Both the position numbers and the translations under genes were made by a program. Shown in pieces: positions 54,069 to 63,766 of a DNA stretch of 64,000 nucleotides. The stretch's first letter is position 1, and every line of letters starts with the position of its first letter. Source of the stretch: an uncultured Candidatus Rokubacteria bacterium (GTDB lineage: Bacteria; Methylomirabilota; Methylomirabilia; Rokubacteriales; CSP1-6); the NCBI GenBank assembly GCA_963747235.1, contig CAVVEU010000029.1, positions 198,328-262,327 of the forward strand, in the 5' to 3' direction. The notes beneath the pieces are model-generated. The model was not told the DNA's origin. It did no database searches and saw nothing but the letters and a program-made list of their open reading frames with translations.

Positions 54069-56306
54069 CTAGCGCGGGTCGGGGAACGCGAGGAAGAAGG
54101 TGCTCCCCTGGCCGGGCGCGGACTCGGCCCAGGCGCGGCCGCCGTGGCGCTCCGCGACCTTGCGCACGATGGCGAGGCCGACGCCGGTGCCCGGGTAGTC
54201 TTCCTGGCGGTGCAGGCGCTCGAAGATCCCGAAGATGCGGTCGTGGTATCGCATGTCGAAGCCGACACCACGATCGGCGACCGTGACCACCACCTGATCC
54301 CCATCGCGGTACGAGCGCACCGCGATGGTGCCGCCCTGCGCCGGACTGAACTTGACCGCGTTGGAGAGCAGATTGGCCACCGCCTCCTGCAGCCCCTGCC
54401 GCTCGCTCATGATCTCGGCCACGGCCAGGTCCAGGGTGACGATCAGGCCGCGGGCCGCGATCTCGCCGGCCAGGTCTTCCAGCATCGGATCCAGGAGCGG
54501 CTTGAGGGGGACCGGCCGGCGCTCGATCGCGCGCTGCTGGATGCGCGAGTACTGCAAGAGGTCGTCGATGAGATCGGCCATCCGATCGGACGCGGCGCGG
54601 ATCCGGGCCAGGAACTCCCGCCCCGGCTCGTCGAGCCGGTCCGCGTAGTCGTCCTCGAGGGCCTGGGCGAATCCGGCCATGCCCCGCAGCGGGGCCTTGA
54701 GGTCGTGCGAGACGGTGTGCGTGAAGGCCTCGAGCTCGCGGTTGACTCCCTCGAGCTCGCGGGTGCGCTCCTCGACCCGCCCCTCGAGCTCCACCGCGTG
54801 CCGCTTGACCTGCTCGAGCAGCCGCGCCTGGACGATGGCGATCGCGAGCTGGGTCGCGACCTCGCTCGCGATGCTCACCTGCTCGTCGGGAAACTGGCCC
54901 TGCTCGCCGCCGAAGCTAACCGATCCGATCAGCTGGTCGCCGACGATCATCGGCACCACCATGTACACGAGGACGCCGGAGGCGCGGAGGGCGTCGGTCT
55001 CCGGGCCGGGCGGCAGCGTATGGACATCGATCACCTGGGCCTCGCCGCGGCGGAGGGCCTCCAGATCCCCGGCGAAGCGCAGCGGATAGCGGACGCCGGG
55101 ACCCACGTGCATCCGGTGGCGGCCGACGGCGGCCAGCCACTCGACCTCCCCCGCCTCCCAGTCGAACAGGTTCACGATGGCGCGCGGCACCCCGAGCAGA
55201 TCCCGCAACCGCCAGAGCACCGCCTCCGCGATCGCCACCGGCGCGGTCTCGGTGATAATGGCACGGTCGATCTCGTGCAGGAGCCGGAGGCGGTCGGCCT
55301 GCTTGGTCACCGCCTCCTGCGTCTGGGCAGTGCTGAGCGCGATGGCAGCCTGGTCGGCGAAGGCCTGCAGGAGCGCAATCTCCCGCTCGGCGAAAACGCG
55401 GGGGAGCGGGCTACCCACCGAGAGCACGCCGATGACGTCGCCGGCCATCCGCAGGGGCACCGCGAGGCCGGCCACGATGCCGACGGCCGCGTTGCGCTCG
55501 CGGATCGCCGGATCGACCGCGAACCGGTCGTCGGTACGGATATCGCCGGTCCACATGGGCCGCCCCTCCACGAAGGCCCGGCCGACGAGGCCGATCCCCG
55601 CGGGCACGAAGGCGCCGGTCGCCCCGTACTCCCGGGCCCGGCCGCCCAGCGCAACGGCGCTGAGCCGGCCATCTGCGCCAAGAAGGCGAATCGCCGAGCT
55701 ATGGACATCCAGGAGGCCGAGCACGCTGTCGGCGATGCGCTGGCCCGCGGCGGCGACGCCGAGCCCCTCGCCGACCAGGCGGGCGACCCGGGCCAGCTCC
55801 TCGCTCTCGTGCCGCTGCCGCGTCAGGGCCGCCTCGAGGCGCGCGTTCTCGAGCACGAGCGCCATCTGCTCCGCGAGGCTCGACAGCAGGGCCATCTCCG
55901 GCTCCGTGAAGCGCCGGCCGGTCGCGGTGGCCAGGACGAGGCTTCCGGCCGCCATGCCGGCGGTCAGCACCGGGACGGCCGCCAGGGCGCCCAGGCCACC
56001 GCGCGCGATCGCCTCGCGCGCGGTGGAGTCGAGCGCGAGATGGCGCTCGGCGAGCACGTCGGGGGTGCAGAGGGCCCGGCCCTCGCGCAGGGCGCGCTCA
56101 CCGAAGGCGAGCTCCGCGGCCGCTCCGCCGGGTGCCCCCGGCAGGGTATCCTCGGCGGGGGCCGTCACCCAGGCCAGCGGGGCCGGATCGGGCTCGAGCC
56201 GCCAGGCGAGGCGCGCGCGACGGGTGCCGAGGAGCCGCATCGCCGACATCGCGATGCGCTCGGCGGCCCGGACGACGTCAACCACGCCATCCAGAGACGG
56301 CCCCAT
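54069..56306 (-). CDS. Triple-GAF sensor histidine kinase
   Basis: Three GAF repeats, 'SHDLKAPL', 'NLLSNAVKF', 'FERLH', 'GTGVGL'. Confidence 0.9.
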   Translation of the reverse strand: MGPSLDGVVDVVRAAERIAMSAMRLLGTRRARLAWRLEPDPAPLAWVTAPAEDTLPGAPGGAAAELAFGERALREGRALCTPDVLAERHLALDSTAREAIARGGLGALAAVPVLTAGMAAGSLVLATATGRRFTEPEMALLSSLAEQMALVLENARLEAALTRQRHESEELARVARLVGEGLGVAAAGQRIADSVLGLLDVHSSAIRLLGADGRLSAVALGGRAREYGATGAFVPAGIGLVGRAFVEGRPMWTGDIRTDDRFAVDPAIRERNAAVGIVAGLAVPLRMAGDVIGVLSVGSPLPRVFAEREIALLQAFADQAAIALSTAQTQEAVTKQADRLRLLHEIDRAIITETAPVAIAEAVLWRLRDLLGVPRAIVNLFDWEAGEVEWLAAVGRHRMHVGPGVRYPLRFAGDLEALRRGEAQVIDVHTLPPGPETDALRASGVLVYMVVPMIVGDQLIGSVSFGGEQGQFPDEQVSIASEVATQLAIAIVQARLLEQVKRHAVELEGRVEERTRELEGVNRELEAFTHTVSHDLKAPLRGMAGFAQALEDDYADRLDEPGREFLARIRAASDRMADLIDDLLQYSRIQQRAIERRPVPLKPLLDPMLEDLAGEIAARGLIVTLDLAVAEIMSERQGLQEAVANLLSNAVKFSPAQGGTIAVRSYRDGDQVVVTVADRGVGFDMRYHDRIFGIFERLHRQEDYPGTGVGLAIVRKVAERHGGRAWAESAPGQGSTFFLAFPDPR

Positions 56307-56329
56307 GCATCAAGGGTACAACGACCGAG

Positions 56330-59300
56330 TTACTCCGCGGGCCGCGGGGTCAGATCGGGGATCGCGGTGCGCCGCCGGACCGCCCGCTCCCGGACCCGCT
56401 CCAGGTAGAGATAGATGACCGGCGTGATGTAGAGCGTCAGGAGCTGGGAGAGGATCAGGCCGCCGACCACCGCCAGGCCGAGCGAGCGGCGGGCGTCGGC
56501 GCCCGCTCCGATGCCCACCGCGATCGGCAGCGTGCCCATGAGCGCGGCCATCGTCGTCATCATGATCGGGCGGAAGCGCAGCAGGCAGCCCTGGTAGATC
56601 GCCTCCGCGGCGGGCCGGCCCTTGCGCTGGGCGTCGATGGCGAAGTCGATCATCATGATGGCGTTCTTCTTCACGATGCCCACCAGCATGATGATCCCGA
56701 CGAAGCCGTAGAGGTTCAGCTCCTGATTGAAGAGGATCAGGGTCAGGAGCGCCCCCACCCCCGCCGACGGCAGCCCGGAGAGGATCGTGAGCGGGTGGAT
56801 GAAGCTCTCGTAGAGGATGCCCAGGATCAGGTAGATGACGAGGACCGCGGCCAGGAGCAGGAGCCCCAGGCCCTGCAGCGAGCGCTGGAAGGCCTGCACG
56901 GTGCCCTGGAAGCTCGTGCTGAGCGTGGCGGGCAATCTCAGCTCGCGCTCCACCTTCTGGATCTCCTCGACCGCGTTGCCGAGCGGTACGCCCGGCCGCA
57001 GGTTGAAGGACACGGTGACCGCCGGGAGCTGGCCCAGGTGGTTCACGGTGAGCGGGCCCACCGTGCGGGTCAGCCTGGCCACCGTGCCGAGGGGCACGAG
57101 CTTGCCGCTGGCGGACCGGATGTAGAGGAGCGCGAGCGCGGCGGGATCGCGCTGGTACTGCGGCAGCAGCTCCATCATCACCCAGTACTGGTTGGTCGGG
57201 GTGTAGATGGTCGAGACCTGCGGCGACCCGTAGGCATTGTTGAGCGCGGCCTCGATCTGCACCGCGGTGACCCCGAGCGCGGCGGCCTTCTCGCGGTCGA
57301 TCTCGACCAGCACCTGGGGGCTCGTGATCTGCAGGTCCGAGTTGACGTCGAGGAAGCCCGGCAGGCTTTTCATCCGGTCGAAGAGGATCGGGGCCCAGTG
57401 GTAGAGCGCCTGCAGATCGGCGTCCTGGAGCGTGTACTGATACTGCCCCTTGGTGAGCTGGCCGCCGATCCGGATGGTGGGCAGCACCTGCGGGTAGACG
57501 TTGACGCCGGGGATGCCGCTCGTCTTCCGCCGCAGGTCCTGCACGATCTCGTCCGCGGTCGGCCGCTCGGCGGCGGGCTTGAGGCGCATGAAGATGCGGC
57601 CGGTGTTCATGACCACGCTCGAGCCGCTGGCCCCGATCGCCGAGAAGTAGGAGGCCACGTACGGCTGCTGATTCACGATGTTGGCGACCTTGAGCTGGTG
57701 CTCCATCATCCCCTCGAAGGAGATGTCCTGGGAGGCCTCGGTGAACGCGAAGACCTGCCCGGTGTCCTCGTTGGGAATGAAGCCCTTGGGAATGATCACG
57801 AAGAGGTAGCCGGTCACGACCAGCGTCGCGAAGAAGATCCCCAGGGTGAAGCGCGGGTGGCGCAGCGCGAGCTGGAGCGACCGGTCGTACGTCGCGAGCA
57901 TCCCCCTGAAAACCCGCTCCGAGGCCGCGTAGAGCCGCCCGTGCGACTCCCGCGGCGGCCGCAGGAAGCGGCTGCACAGCAGCGGGGTGAGGGTCAGCGA
58001 GACCACGCCGGACACGATGACCGCGGCGCCGATCACCACCGCGAACTCGTGGAGCAGCCGGCCCACGATGCCGCCCATGAAGAGCACGGGCAGGAACACC
58101 GCGGCCAGCGACGCGGTCATGGACACGATGGTGAAGCCGATCTCCCGCGCGCCCTCCAGGGCCGCCTCCATCCGCCCCTTCCCGCCTTCCATGTGGCGCA
58201 CGATGTTCTCGAGCATCACGATCGCGTCGTCCACGATGAAGCCCACCGCCAGGGTCAGGGCCATGAGCGAGAGGTTGTCGATCGTGTAGCCCAGCACGTA
58301 CATCACCATGAACGTGCCGACGATGGACATGGGCAGGGCAAGGCTCGGGATCACGGTGGCCGAGACGTTGCGCAGGAACAGGAAGATCACCAGCACCACC
58401 AGCGCCACCGCGAGGAGCAGCGTGAACTGCACGTCGTGGACCGAGCTCCGGATCGACACCGACCGGTCGTAGAGCGTGTTCAGGTTCACCGCGGCAGGGA
58501 GCTGGGCCCGGAAGGCGGGCATGATCCGGTTGATCGAATCCACCACCTCGATGGTGTTGGTGCCCGGCTGCTTCTGGATGGCCAGCACCACCGCGCGCTC
58601 GTCCCTGTACCAGGAGGCCACCTTGTCGGTCTGCACCCCGTCGATCACGCGCCCGAGCTGCTCGAGCCGGATTGGCGAGCCATTGCGATAGGCCACGATC
58701 AGGGGGCGGTACGCGGCGGCGGTGGTGAGCTGGCCGGTGGCCTGCACGCTGAAGGCCTGGTTCGGCCCCCAGAGCGTGCCGGTGGGCAGGTTCACGTTGG
58801 AGTCGGCGAGGGCCTTCTGCACCTCGTCGATGCCGATGCCCAGCGTGGCCATCGCGCTCGGATCGAGCTGGGCGCGCACCGCATACTTCTGCGAGCCGAA
58901 GATGAACACCTGGGCCACGCCGCTGATGGTGGAGATGCGCTGCGCGAGGTTGGTCTGCGCGTACTCGTCCACCACGTAGAGCGGCAGGGTGGGCGAGCTG
59001 AGCGCCAGGTAGAGGATCGGCTGGTCGGCCGGATTGACCTTCTTGTACGAGGGCGGCGTGGGCATGCCCGGCGGCATCTGGGGCTGCGCGGCCGCGATCG
59101 CGGCCTGCACGTCCTGGGCCGCCGCGTCGATGTTGCGCTCGAGCGTGAACTGGATCGTGATCTGGGTCGTGCCGAGCGCGCTCGTCGAGGTCATCGAGTC
59201 GATGCCCGCGATGGTCGAGAACTGCTTCTCGAGCGGCGTGGCGACCGCGGAGGCCATGGTGTCGGGGCTGGCTCCGGGCAGGCTCGCGGTGACCTGGATG

Positions 59301-59428
59301 GTGGGGAAGTCGATGTTGGGCAGGTCGCTCACCGGCAGGAGCCGGTAGGCCATGAGGCCGAAGACCAGGATGGCCCCCATCAGCAGCGTGGTCATCACCG
59401 GCCGCTTGATGAAGAGGTCGGTGCTCAC
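56330..59428 (-). CDS. RND efflux permease (MdtB/MdtC-like)
   Basis: 'FIKRPV', 'VDDAIVMLEN', 'GIVKKNAIMMIDFA', 'RFRPIMMTT'; 1032 aa intact. Confidence 0.93.
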   Translation of the reverse strand: MSTDLFIKRPVMTTLLMGAILVFGLMAYRLLPVSDLPNIDFPTIQVTASLPGASPDTMASAVATPLEKQFSTIAGIDSMTSTSALGTTQITIQFTLERNIDAAAQDVQAAIAAAQPQMPPGMPTPPSYKKVNPADQPILYLALSSPTLPLYVVDEYAQTNLAQRISTISGVAQVFIFGSQKYAVRAQLDPSAMATLGIGIDEVQKALADSNVNLPTGTLWGPNQAFSVQATGQLTTAAAYRPLIVAYRNGSPIRLEQLGRVIDGVQTDKVASWYRDERAVVLAIQKQPGTNTIEVVDSINRIMPAFRAQLPAAVNLNTLYDRSVSIRSSVHDVQFTLLLAVALVVLVIFLFLRNVSATVIPSLALPMSIVGTFMVMYVLGYTIDNLSLMALTLAVGFIVDDAIVMLENIVRHMEGGKGRMEAALEGAREIGFTIVSMTASLAAVFLPVLFMGGIVGRLLHEFAVVIGAAVIVSGVVSLTLTPLLCSRFLRPPRESHGRLYAASERVFRGMLATYDRSLQLALRHPRFTLGIFFATLVVTGYLFVIIPKGFIPNEDTGQVFAFTEASQDISFEGMMEHQLKVANIVNQQPYVASYFSAIGASGSSVVMNTGRIFMRLKPAAERPTADEIVQDLRRKTSGIPGVNVYPQVLPTIRIGGQLTKGQYQYTLQDADLQALYHWAPILFDRMKSLPGFLDVNSDLQITSPQVLVEIDREKAAALGVTAVQIEAALNNAYGSPQVSTIYTPTNQYWVMMELLPQYQRDPAALALLYIRSASGKLVPLGTVARLTRTVGPLTVNHLGQLPAVTVSFNLRPGVPLGNAVEEIQKVERELRLPATLSTSFQGTVQAFQRSLQGLGLLLLAAVLVIYLILGILYESFIHPLTILSGLPSAGVGALLTLILFNQELNLYGFVGIIMLVGIVKKNAIMMIDFAIDAQRKGRPAAEAIYQGCLLRFRPIMMTTMAALMGTLPIAVGIGAGADARRSLGLAVVGGLILSQLLTLYITPVIYLYLERVRERAVRRRTAIPDLTPRPAE

Positions 59429-60636
59429 CCGCCGGTTCCCTTCCCGGCTGCCGCCGGCTTGACCTCCACGCGCGTGCCCGGCGCCAGCCGGAGCTGCCCG
59501 TCGACCACCACGCGCTCGCCCGCGGTGAGTCCGCTCGTGATCACCACATCACGCCCGTCGGCCGCGCCCGGCACCACCGGCCGCGCCTCCACCGTCTGAT
59601 CCGGCTTGACCACGAACACGTACTGACCCTTCTGGCCGCTCTGCACCGCCTGGGAAGGCACCAGCACCGCGCCCATCTGCTTCGTCAGCGTGAGGGCCAC
59701 GTTGACGAACTGGCCCGGCCAGAGGGCGTTCTCGATGTTCTCGAACGTGGCCTTGAGCTGGATCGTCCCGGTGCTCGGGTCCACCGTGTTGTTCATGAAC
59801 GTGAGCCGCCCGCGCACGACGCCGCCCGGCTGGCCGGTGACCTGGGCTTCCACCGGCAGGTCGCCCGCCGCGCGGTAGCGCTTGATCGCCTCGATCTGCG
59901 CTTCCGGCACCGAGAAGGCCACGTAGATCGGATGCACCCGGTTGATCACCACCATCGGATTGCCCACGTCGTTGGCCTTGACCACATTGCCCTGGTTCAG
60001 GAGCAGGTTGCCGGTGCGGCCGCCGATGGGCGCGCGGATCTCGGTGTAGCTGAGCTGCACCCGCACATTCTCCACCGCGGCCTCGCCCGCGCGCACCAGA
60101 GCCTTGGCGGTCTCCACCGCGGCGCGATCGGCGTCGATGGTGGCCGCGAGCGTGAGCTCCTTGGTGCGGATCTGGTCGTACTGCTCGCGCGCCACGAAGC
60201 CACCCTCCACCAGCTTGCGGTACCGCTGCTCGTCCACCCGCGCGTTCTCGAGCTGCGCCATGTCCCGGGCCAGGTTCGCTTCCGCCGACAGCACCGCGGC
60301 CTGGTGCTGGGCGAGCGTGGCCTGCGCCTGCAAGAGGGCGGACTGGAGCTGGCGCGGGTCGATGGTGAAGAGCAGCGCGCCCGCCGGCACCTCGTGGCCC
60401 TCCGCGAAGTGCACCTTCATCACCTCGCCGTTGAGCATGGACTGCACGGAGACGGTGGCGAGCGCCTGCACGTTGCCGATGGCCCGGATCTGGACGGGCA
60501 CGTCGCGCTGCGCCGCCTCCATGGCCGTCACCGGCACCGCGGGCGGCGCGCCCTTGGCGGTGGCAGGATCTGCGCCCTTGTCGCAGGCCGCCAGGACGGG
60601 CGCGATCAGCAGCAGCGCGGCCAGGAGCGCCTTCAT
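59425..60636 (-). CDS. RND periplasmic adaptor (MdtA-like lipoprotein)
   Basis: Lipobox 'LAAC', 'IRAPIGG', 'VDPSTGT', 'LWPGQF'. Confidence 0.92.
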   Translation of the reverse strand: MKALLAALLLIAPVLAACDKGADPATAKGAPPAVPVTAMEAAQRDVPVQIRAIGNVQALATVSVQSMLNGEVMKVHFAEGHEVPAGALLFTIDPRQLQSALLQAQATLAQHQAAVLSAEANLARDMAQLENARVDEQRYRKLVEGGFVAREQYDQIRTKELTLAATIDADRAAVETAKALVRAGEAAVENVRVQLSYTEIRAPIGGRTGNLLLNQGNVVKANDVGNPMVVINRVHPIYVAFSVPEAQIEAIKRYRAAGDLPVEAQVTGQPGGVVRGRLTFMNNTVDPSTGTIQLKATFENIENALWPGQFVNVALTLTKQMGAVLVPSQAVQSGQKGQYVFVVKPDQTVEARPVVPGAADGRDVVITSGLTAGERVVVDGQLRLAPGTRVEVKPAAAGKGTGG

Positions 60637-61277
60637 GCGCGCTCACCCGCCCCGCGCCGCTTCGGGCTCAGCGCGTCGGAGAATTGCTGGAGAAACTCGG
60701 CCCGCTCCTGGTGGAAGACGGGATCGGACGAGGAGCGGCCGGTCACCATCCGCGTCACCTGCGGGAAGGCCAGCGGATACGCGATCAGCCCGAGGATCGC
60801 CAGCAGCAGATGGCCCGCGTCCAGGTCCGGCAGGAGGCCGCGGCGCTGCCGATCGCGCAGATCATCGAGCGCGCGCGCGAGCGACGCCTGCCGCTCGGCC
60901 TCCTGGATGACCGGCCCCTCGCCGAGTCCGAGCGCCTCCCACTGGGTCAGGCGGATCCAGTCGCTGTCCTCGCAGGCCATCGCGAACCAGTAACGCAGGC
61001 TCGCCCCCAGATCGGCGGGGGCCTCGGTGATCCAGCCGGCGCGCTCGCGGAGCTTGCGGTCGAAGATCTCCCGGAAGAGATCCTCCTTGTTGCCGAAGTA
61101 GTGGTAGAGCATCCGCTTGTTGACCCGCGCGCGACGGGCGATGCGCGCCACCCGGGCTCCGGCGAAGCCATGCGCGGAGAACTCGGCGAGGGCCGCGGCC
61201 AGGATGCGATCGCGCGTGCGCTGGGGATCGCGGGCGTGCGCGCTGGGCTGGCGTTTGGAGGCGGCGACGGTCGACAT
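60633..61277 (-). CDS. TetR/AcrR family regulator
   Basis: 'ILAAALAEF..HGFAGARV..IA..A.VNKRMLYHYFGNKEDLF'. Confidence 0.92.
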   Translation of the reverse strand: MSTVAASKRQPSAHARDPQRTRDRILAAALAEFSAHGFAGARVARIARRARVNKRMLYHYFGNKEDLFREIFDRKLRERAGWITEAPADLGASLRYWFAMACEDSDWIRLTQWEALGLGEGPVIQEAERQASLARALDDLRDRQRRGLLPDLDAGHLLLAILGLIAYPLAFPQVTRMVTGRSSSDPVFHQERAEFLQQFSDALSPKRRGAGERA

Positions 61278-61292
61278 GGATCAGGTGTGCCA

Positions 61293-61322
61293 ATAGTAAC
61301 CGTTTGGATACTTTTAGGTCAA
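61293..61322 (-). promoter_or_regulatory. sigma70 promoter with overlapping imperfect palindrome (probable TetR operator)
   Basis: Minus strand TTGACC-18-TACTAT; AGTAACCGTTTGGATACT (61295-61312) is an imperfect inverted repeat. Confidence 0.65.
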
Positions 61323-61371
61323 CTCCCGCGCCCAAGCGGGAGCGGCGGGACCGCTGAGCGGGCGGAAGGAG

Positions 61372-61590
61372 CTAGCGGTGCCGGCCGCGATGGCTGCGGT
61401 GTCGAGTCAGGGCCCCGCCGCCGGCTCCGAGGGCGGTCATCGCGGCCAGCGCCAAGGAGGCGGGCTCGGCCACCGAGGTGGGCCCTCGCCCGCTGAAGGT
61501 CACCGCCTGGAGGTCGTACCAGGAGCTCGGCACCGAGAAGTGGGCGAACCCGGGGAGGCTGCTCAACGCGTGCGTCGCGTCGCGCTCAGC
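61372..61590 (-). pseudogene. Short PEP-CTERM-like fragment
   Basis: '..TSVAEPASLALAAMTALGAGGGALTRHRSHRGRHR*'; no signal peptide or clear start. Confidence 0.4.
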
Positions 61591-61672
61591 ATGCCCCGGC
61601 GCGCGTCGCCGCGCGGGCGCGCGCCCGACAGGGGCGTCGGGCAAATAAACTCGGACTCGTCTACACTTATCC

Positions 61673-62138
61673 ATGAACACACGTGCCCACTCAACCGCGC
61701 CGCGACTCGACGCCCCGCCCACCCCGCCGGCCCACCCCGGCGGCGCTGAACCTCTCGGGCATCGAGGCGGCGAGCCTGGTCAAGTTCGCCTACTTCACCG
61801 ACGCGGCGCCCGCGCCGGGCACCCTGCTCTTCACCGCGTTCCGCCGGAACATGCCGCCCGGAGTCAAGGAGTTCACCATCCGGAACCCGGTGACGTTCTT
61901 CTACGGCATCCAGCAGACGGGCGGCCTCCTGAACATCCAGGTGCGGTGGATCAATCCCGACGGCGTAGTCACGCGGACCAGCGATCTGCCGATGGACCAG
62001 TCGCAGGAAGGCGCGCTCTGGACCTGGCAGGTGGATCGTCTCGAGAAGCGGGACCTCGCGCAGGCCGGGGTCTGGGTGGTGGAGCTGCTGATCTCGGGCC
62101 ATCGCGTCGGACGCTATCCGCTCCTGGTCCGCGCATGA
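61673..62138 (+). CDS. Hypothetical beta-rich (Ig-like) protein, N-terminal frameshift likely
   Basis: 'VRWINPDG', 'GVWVVELLISG.RVG'; host-like codon usage. Confidence 0.6.
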
Positions 62139-62230
62139 GCCTTGCGTCTCCCCAGCCCTTTGCTAGACTCGCGGGGGAATCGGAGCGCGCCCATGCGGCC
62201 TTACCGCAGCCACTCGACCGAGGAGAGGAG

Positions 62231-62611
62231 ATGACGAAGAAGGCGCTCGTCCTGATCGTCGAGGATGAGCCGGACGTGCGCGAGCTCATCGCCGACGTGC
62301 TGGCCGAGAACGGTTACGAGATCGAGGTGGCCCCCGACGGCGCCGCGGCGCTCCAGCTTTCCGATCAGCGTCAGTACGATCTGATCCTGAGCGACCTGCG
62401 GATGCCCAAGATGGACGGCGCCGCCCTGTACTGGGCGCTCCAGCTCCGCCACGGCACCGCCATGCCGCCCATGATCTACGTGACCGGCCAGGCCCACTCC
62501 CTCGACTACGCGGGCTTCCTCGCCGCCTCGCGGGTGCCCGTGCTCTCCAAGCCGTTCAGCCCCGAAGACCTCCGCCAGGCCGTCCGCCAGGCTCTCGCCG
62601 GCAGCAACTAG
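62231..62611 (+). CDS. Single-domain response regulator
   Basis: SD AGGAG, 'VLIVEDE', 'LSDLRMP', 'SKPF'. Confidence 0.88.
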   Translation: MTKKALVLIVEDEPDVRELIADVLAENGYEIEVAPDGAAALQLSDQRQYDLILSDLRMPKMDGAALYWALQLRHGTAMPPMIYVTGQAHSLDYAGFLAASRVPVLSKPFSPEDLRQAVRQALAGSN

Positions 62612-62750
62612 CCTTCTCTCCAAGGTCTACGTAGCAATACCTAATGTAACTATATGATACTTAGGACTATTTTGCCCGCACACGGAAAAAATTACAGACT
62701 CATATACTGAAATTGTCCTAACTCATAGACTTGCCAGGAGGAATCACGCA

Positions 62751-63146
62751 ATGCTCAGTACCCTTCACCGTCGGAAGAAGTCGCAGCGCGGCTTCACGCT
62801 CATCGAGTTGATGATCGTCGTCGCCATCATCGGTATCCTCGCTGCCATCGCTATCCCGCTGTACGCCAACGTTCAGGCGCGCGCGCGGCTGGCCAAGGCC
62901 CAGGCTGATGCCCGGGCCCTCGCGTCCGCCGTCAGCATCTACTCCGCGCACATGGGCACGCTCCCCGGCGCCCTGACCGACCTCTCCTCGGTGGTCACCA
63001 ACTCGCTCAACCAGGCGGGCGGCCCCTTCATGTCCTCGGTTCCCGCGGGCCCGGCCGGCTGGGGCGCGTACGGCTACGCCTCGGCGACGTCCGGTACCTT
63101 CACCATCACCAACAGCGGCGACAGCACCTCCGTCAGCGTGCCGTAG
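62751..63146 (+). CDS. pilA: Type IV pilin (prepilin, class III signal)
   Basis: 'SQRG^FTLIELMIVVAIIGILAAIAIP', E5; SD AGGAGG; AT-rich upstream; terminator downstream. Confidence 0.85.
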   Translation: MLSTLHRRKKSQRGFTLIELMIVVAIIGILAAIAIPLYANVQARARLAKAQADARALASAVSIYSAHMGTLPGALTDLSSVVTNSLNQAGGPFMSSVPAGPAGWGAYGYASATSGTFTITNSGDSTSVSVP

Positions 63147-63172
63147 GCGCTCCAGCCGACGCACCTGGTATC

Positions 63173-63203
63173 AAAAGGGCCCGTCCCGAAAGGGGCGGGC
63201 CCT
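63173..63203. terminator. Intrinsic terminator hairpin
   Basis: AAA-AGGGCCCGTCCC-GAAA-GGGGCGGGCCCT; U-tract on minus strand. Confidence 0.75.
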
Positions 63204-63236
63204 GCTGCGTTCGGCGAGCGTGGTAGCATGCCGCGG

Positions 63237-63344
63237 ATGACCGACCGAGCTCCCGCCCGTCCTCGGCGCGACCGCTGGTGGATGCGCATTGGCGACGGGG
63301 TGGTGCGCATCGCCTGGAAGCTGCTGTGGAGCTGGAGGCGGTAG
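63237..63344 (+). CDS. Putative 35-aa Trp/Arg-rich peptide
   Basis: MTDRAPARPRRDRWWMRIGDGVVRIAWKLLWSWRR; TGGTAGCAT extended -10 7 nt upstream. Confidence 0.35.
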   Translation: MTDRAPARPRRDRWWMRIGDGVVRIAWKLLWSWRR

Positions 63345-63359
63345 GATCGGCGAGTTAGG

Positions 63360-63435
63360 TGGTGAGCCGTCTCGGGATCGAACCGAGGACCCCCTGATTA
63401 AAAGTCAGGTGCTCTACCAACTGAGCTAACGGCTC
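63360..63435 (-). tRNA. tRNA-Lys(TTT)
   Basis: GAGCCGT-TAGCTCAGTTGGTAGAGC..CCTGA-CTTTTAA-TCAGG..GGTTCGATCC..ACGGCTC-ACCA, 76 nt. Confidence 0.97.
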
Positions 63436-63592
63436 GCCTCAGGATTGCTGCGGAGTGACCGTCGCCGAGTTTATCACGCTTACCGCCCGACATCTCGTGC
63501 GACCGCCACTTCGGACTAGCAATGCGCCACCCGCCCGCGCATGATCCAGAGACCGACGTTGCAGCCAGGCAGCCCCGGAAGGAGTAGTCGCG

Positions 63593-63766
63593 ATGACCCT
63601 CAGTCCCAAGATCTTGGCCGCGCTCAAGAAGGTCGACCTTGCTCACGCGGAGCTCTTCGCCGCGCTCGAGGACGAAACACGAAGGAAGCGCCCGAGCAGA
63701 AACGGGCGGGAGAAGAACCAGATCACCACGCCCAGCCCCGACCCACGCGCGCCCGTAGGCCCCTGA
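63593..63766 (+). CDS. Putative 57-aa hypothetical protein
   Basis: SD AAGGAG; MTLSPKILAALKKVDLAHAELFAALEDETRR... Confidence 0.45.
   Translation: MTLSPKILAALKKVDLAHAELFAALEDETRRKRPSRNGREKNQITTPSPDPRAPVGP

Noticed and set aside
62661-62676. sigma54 promoter for the pilin
   Set aside because: GG-to-GC spacing is 8, not 10
62751-63146. Electrically conductive (aromatic-rich) pilin
   Set aside because: Only ~8 aromatic residues in 117, with long gaps
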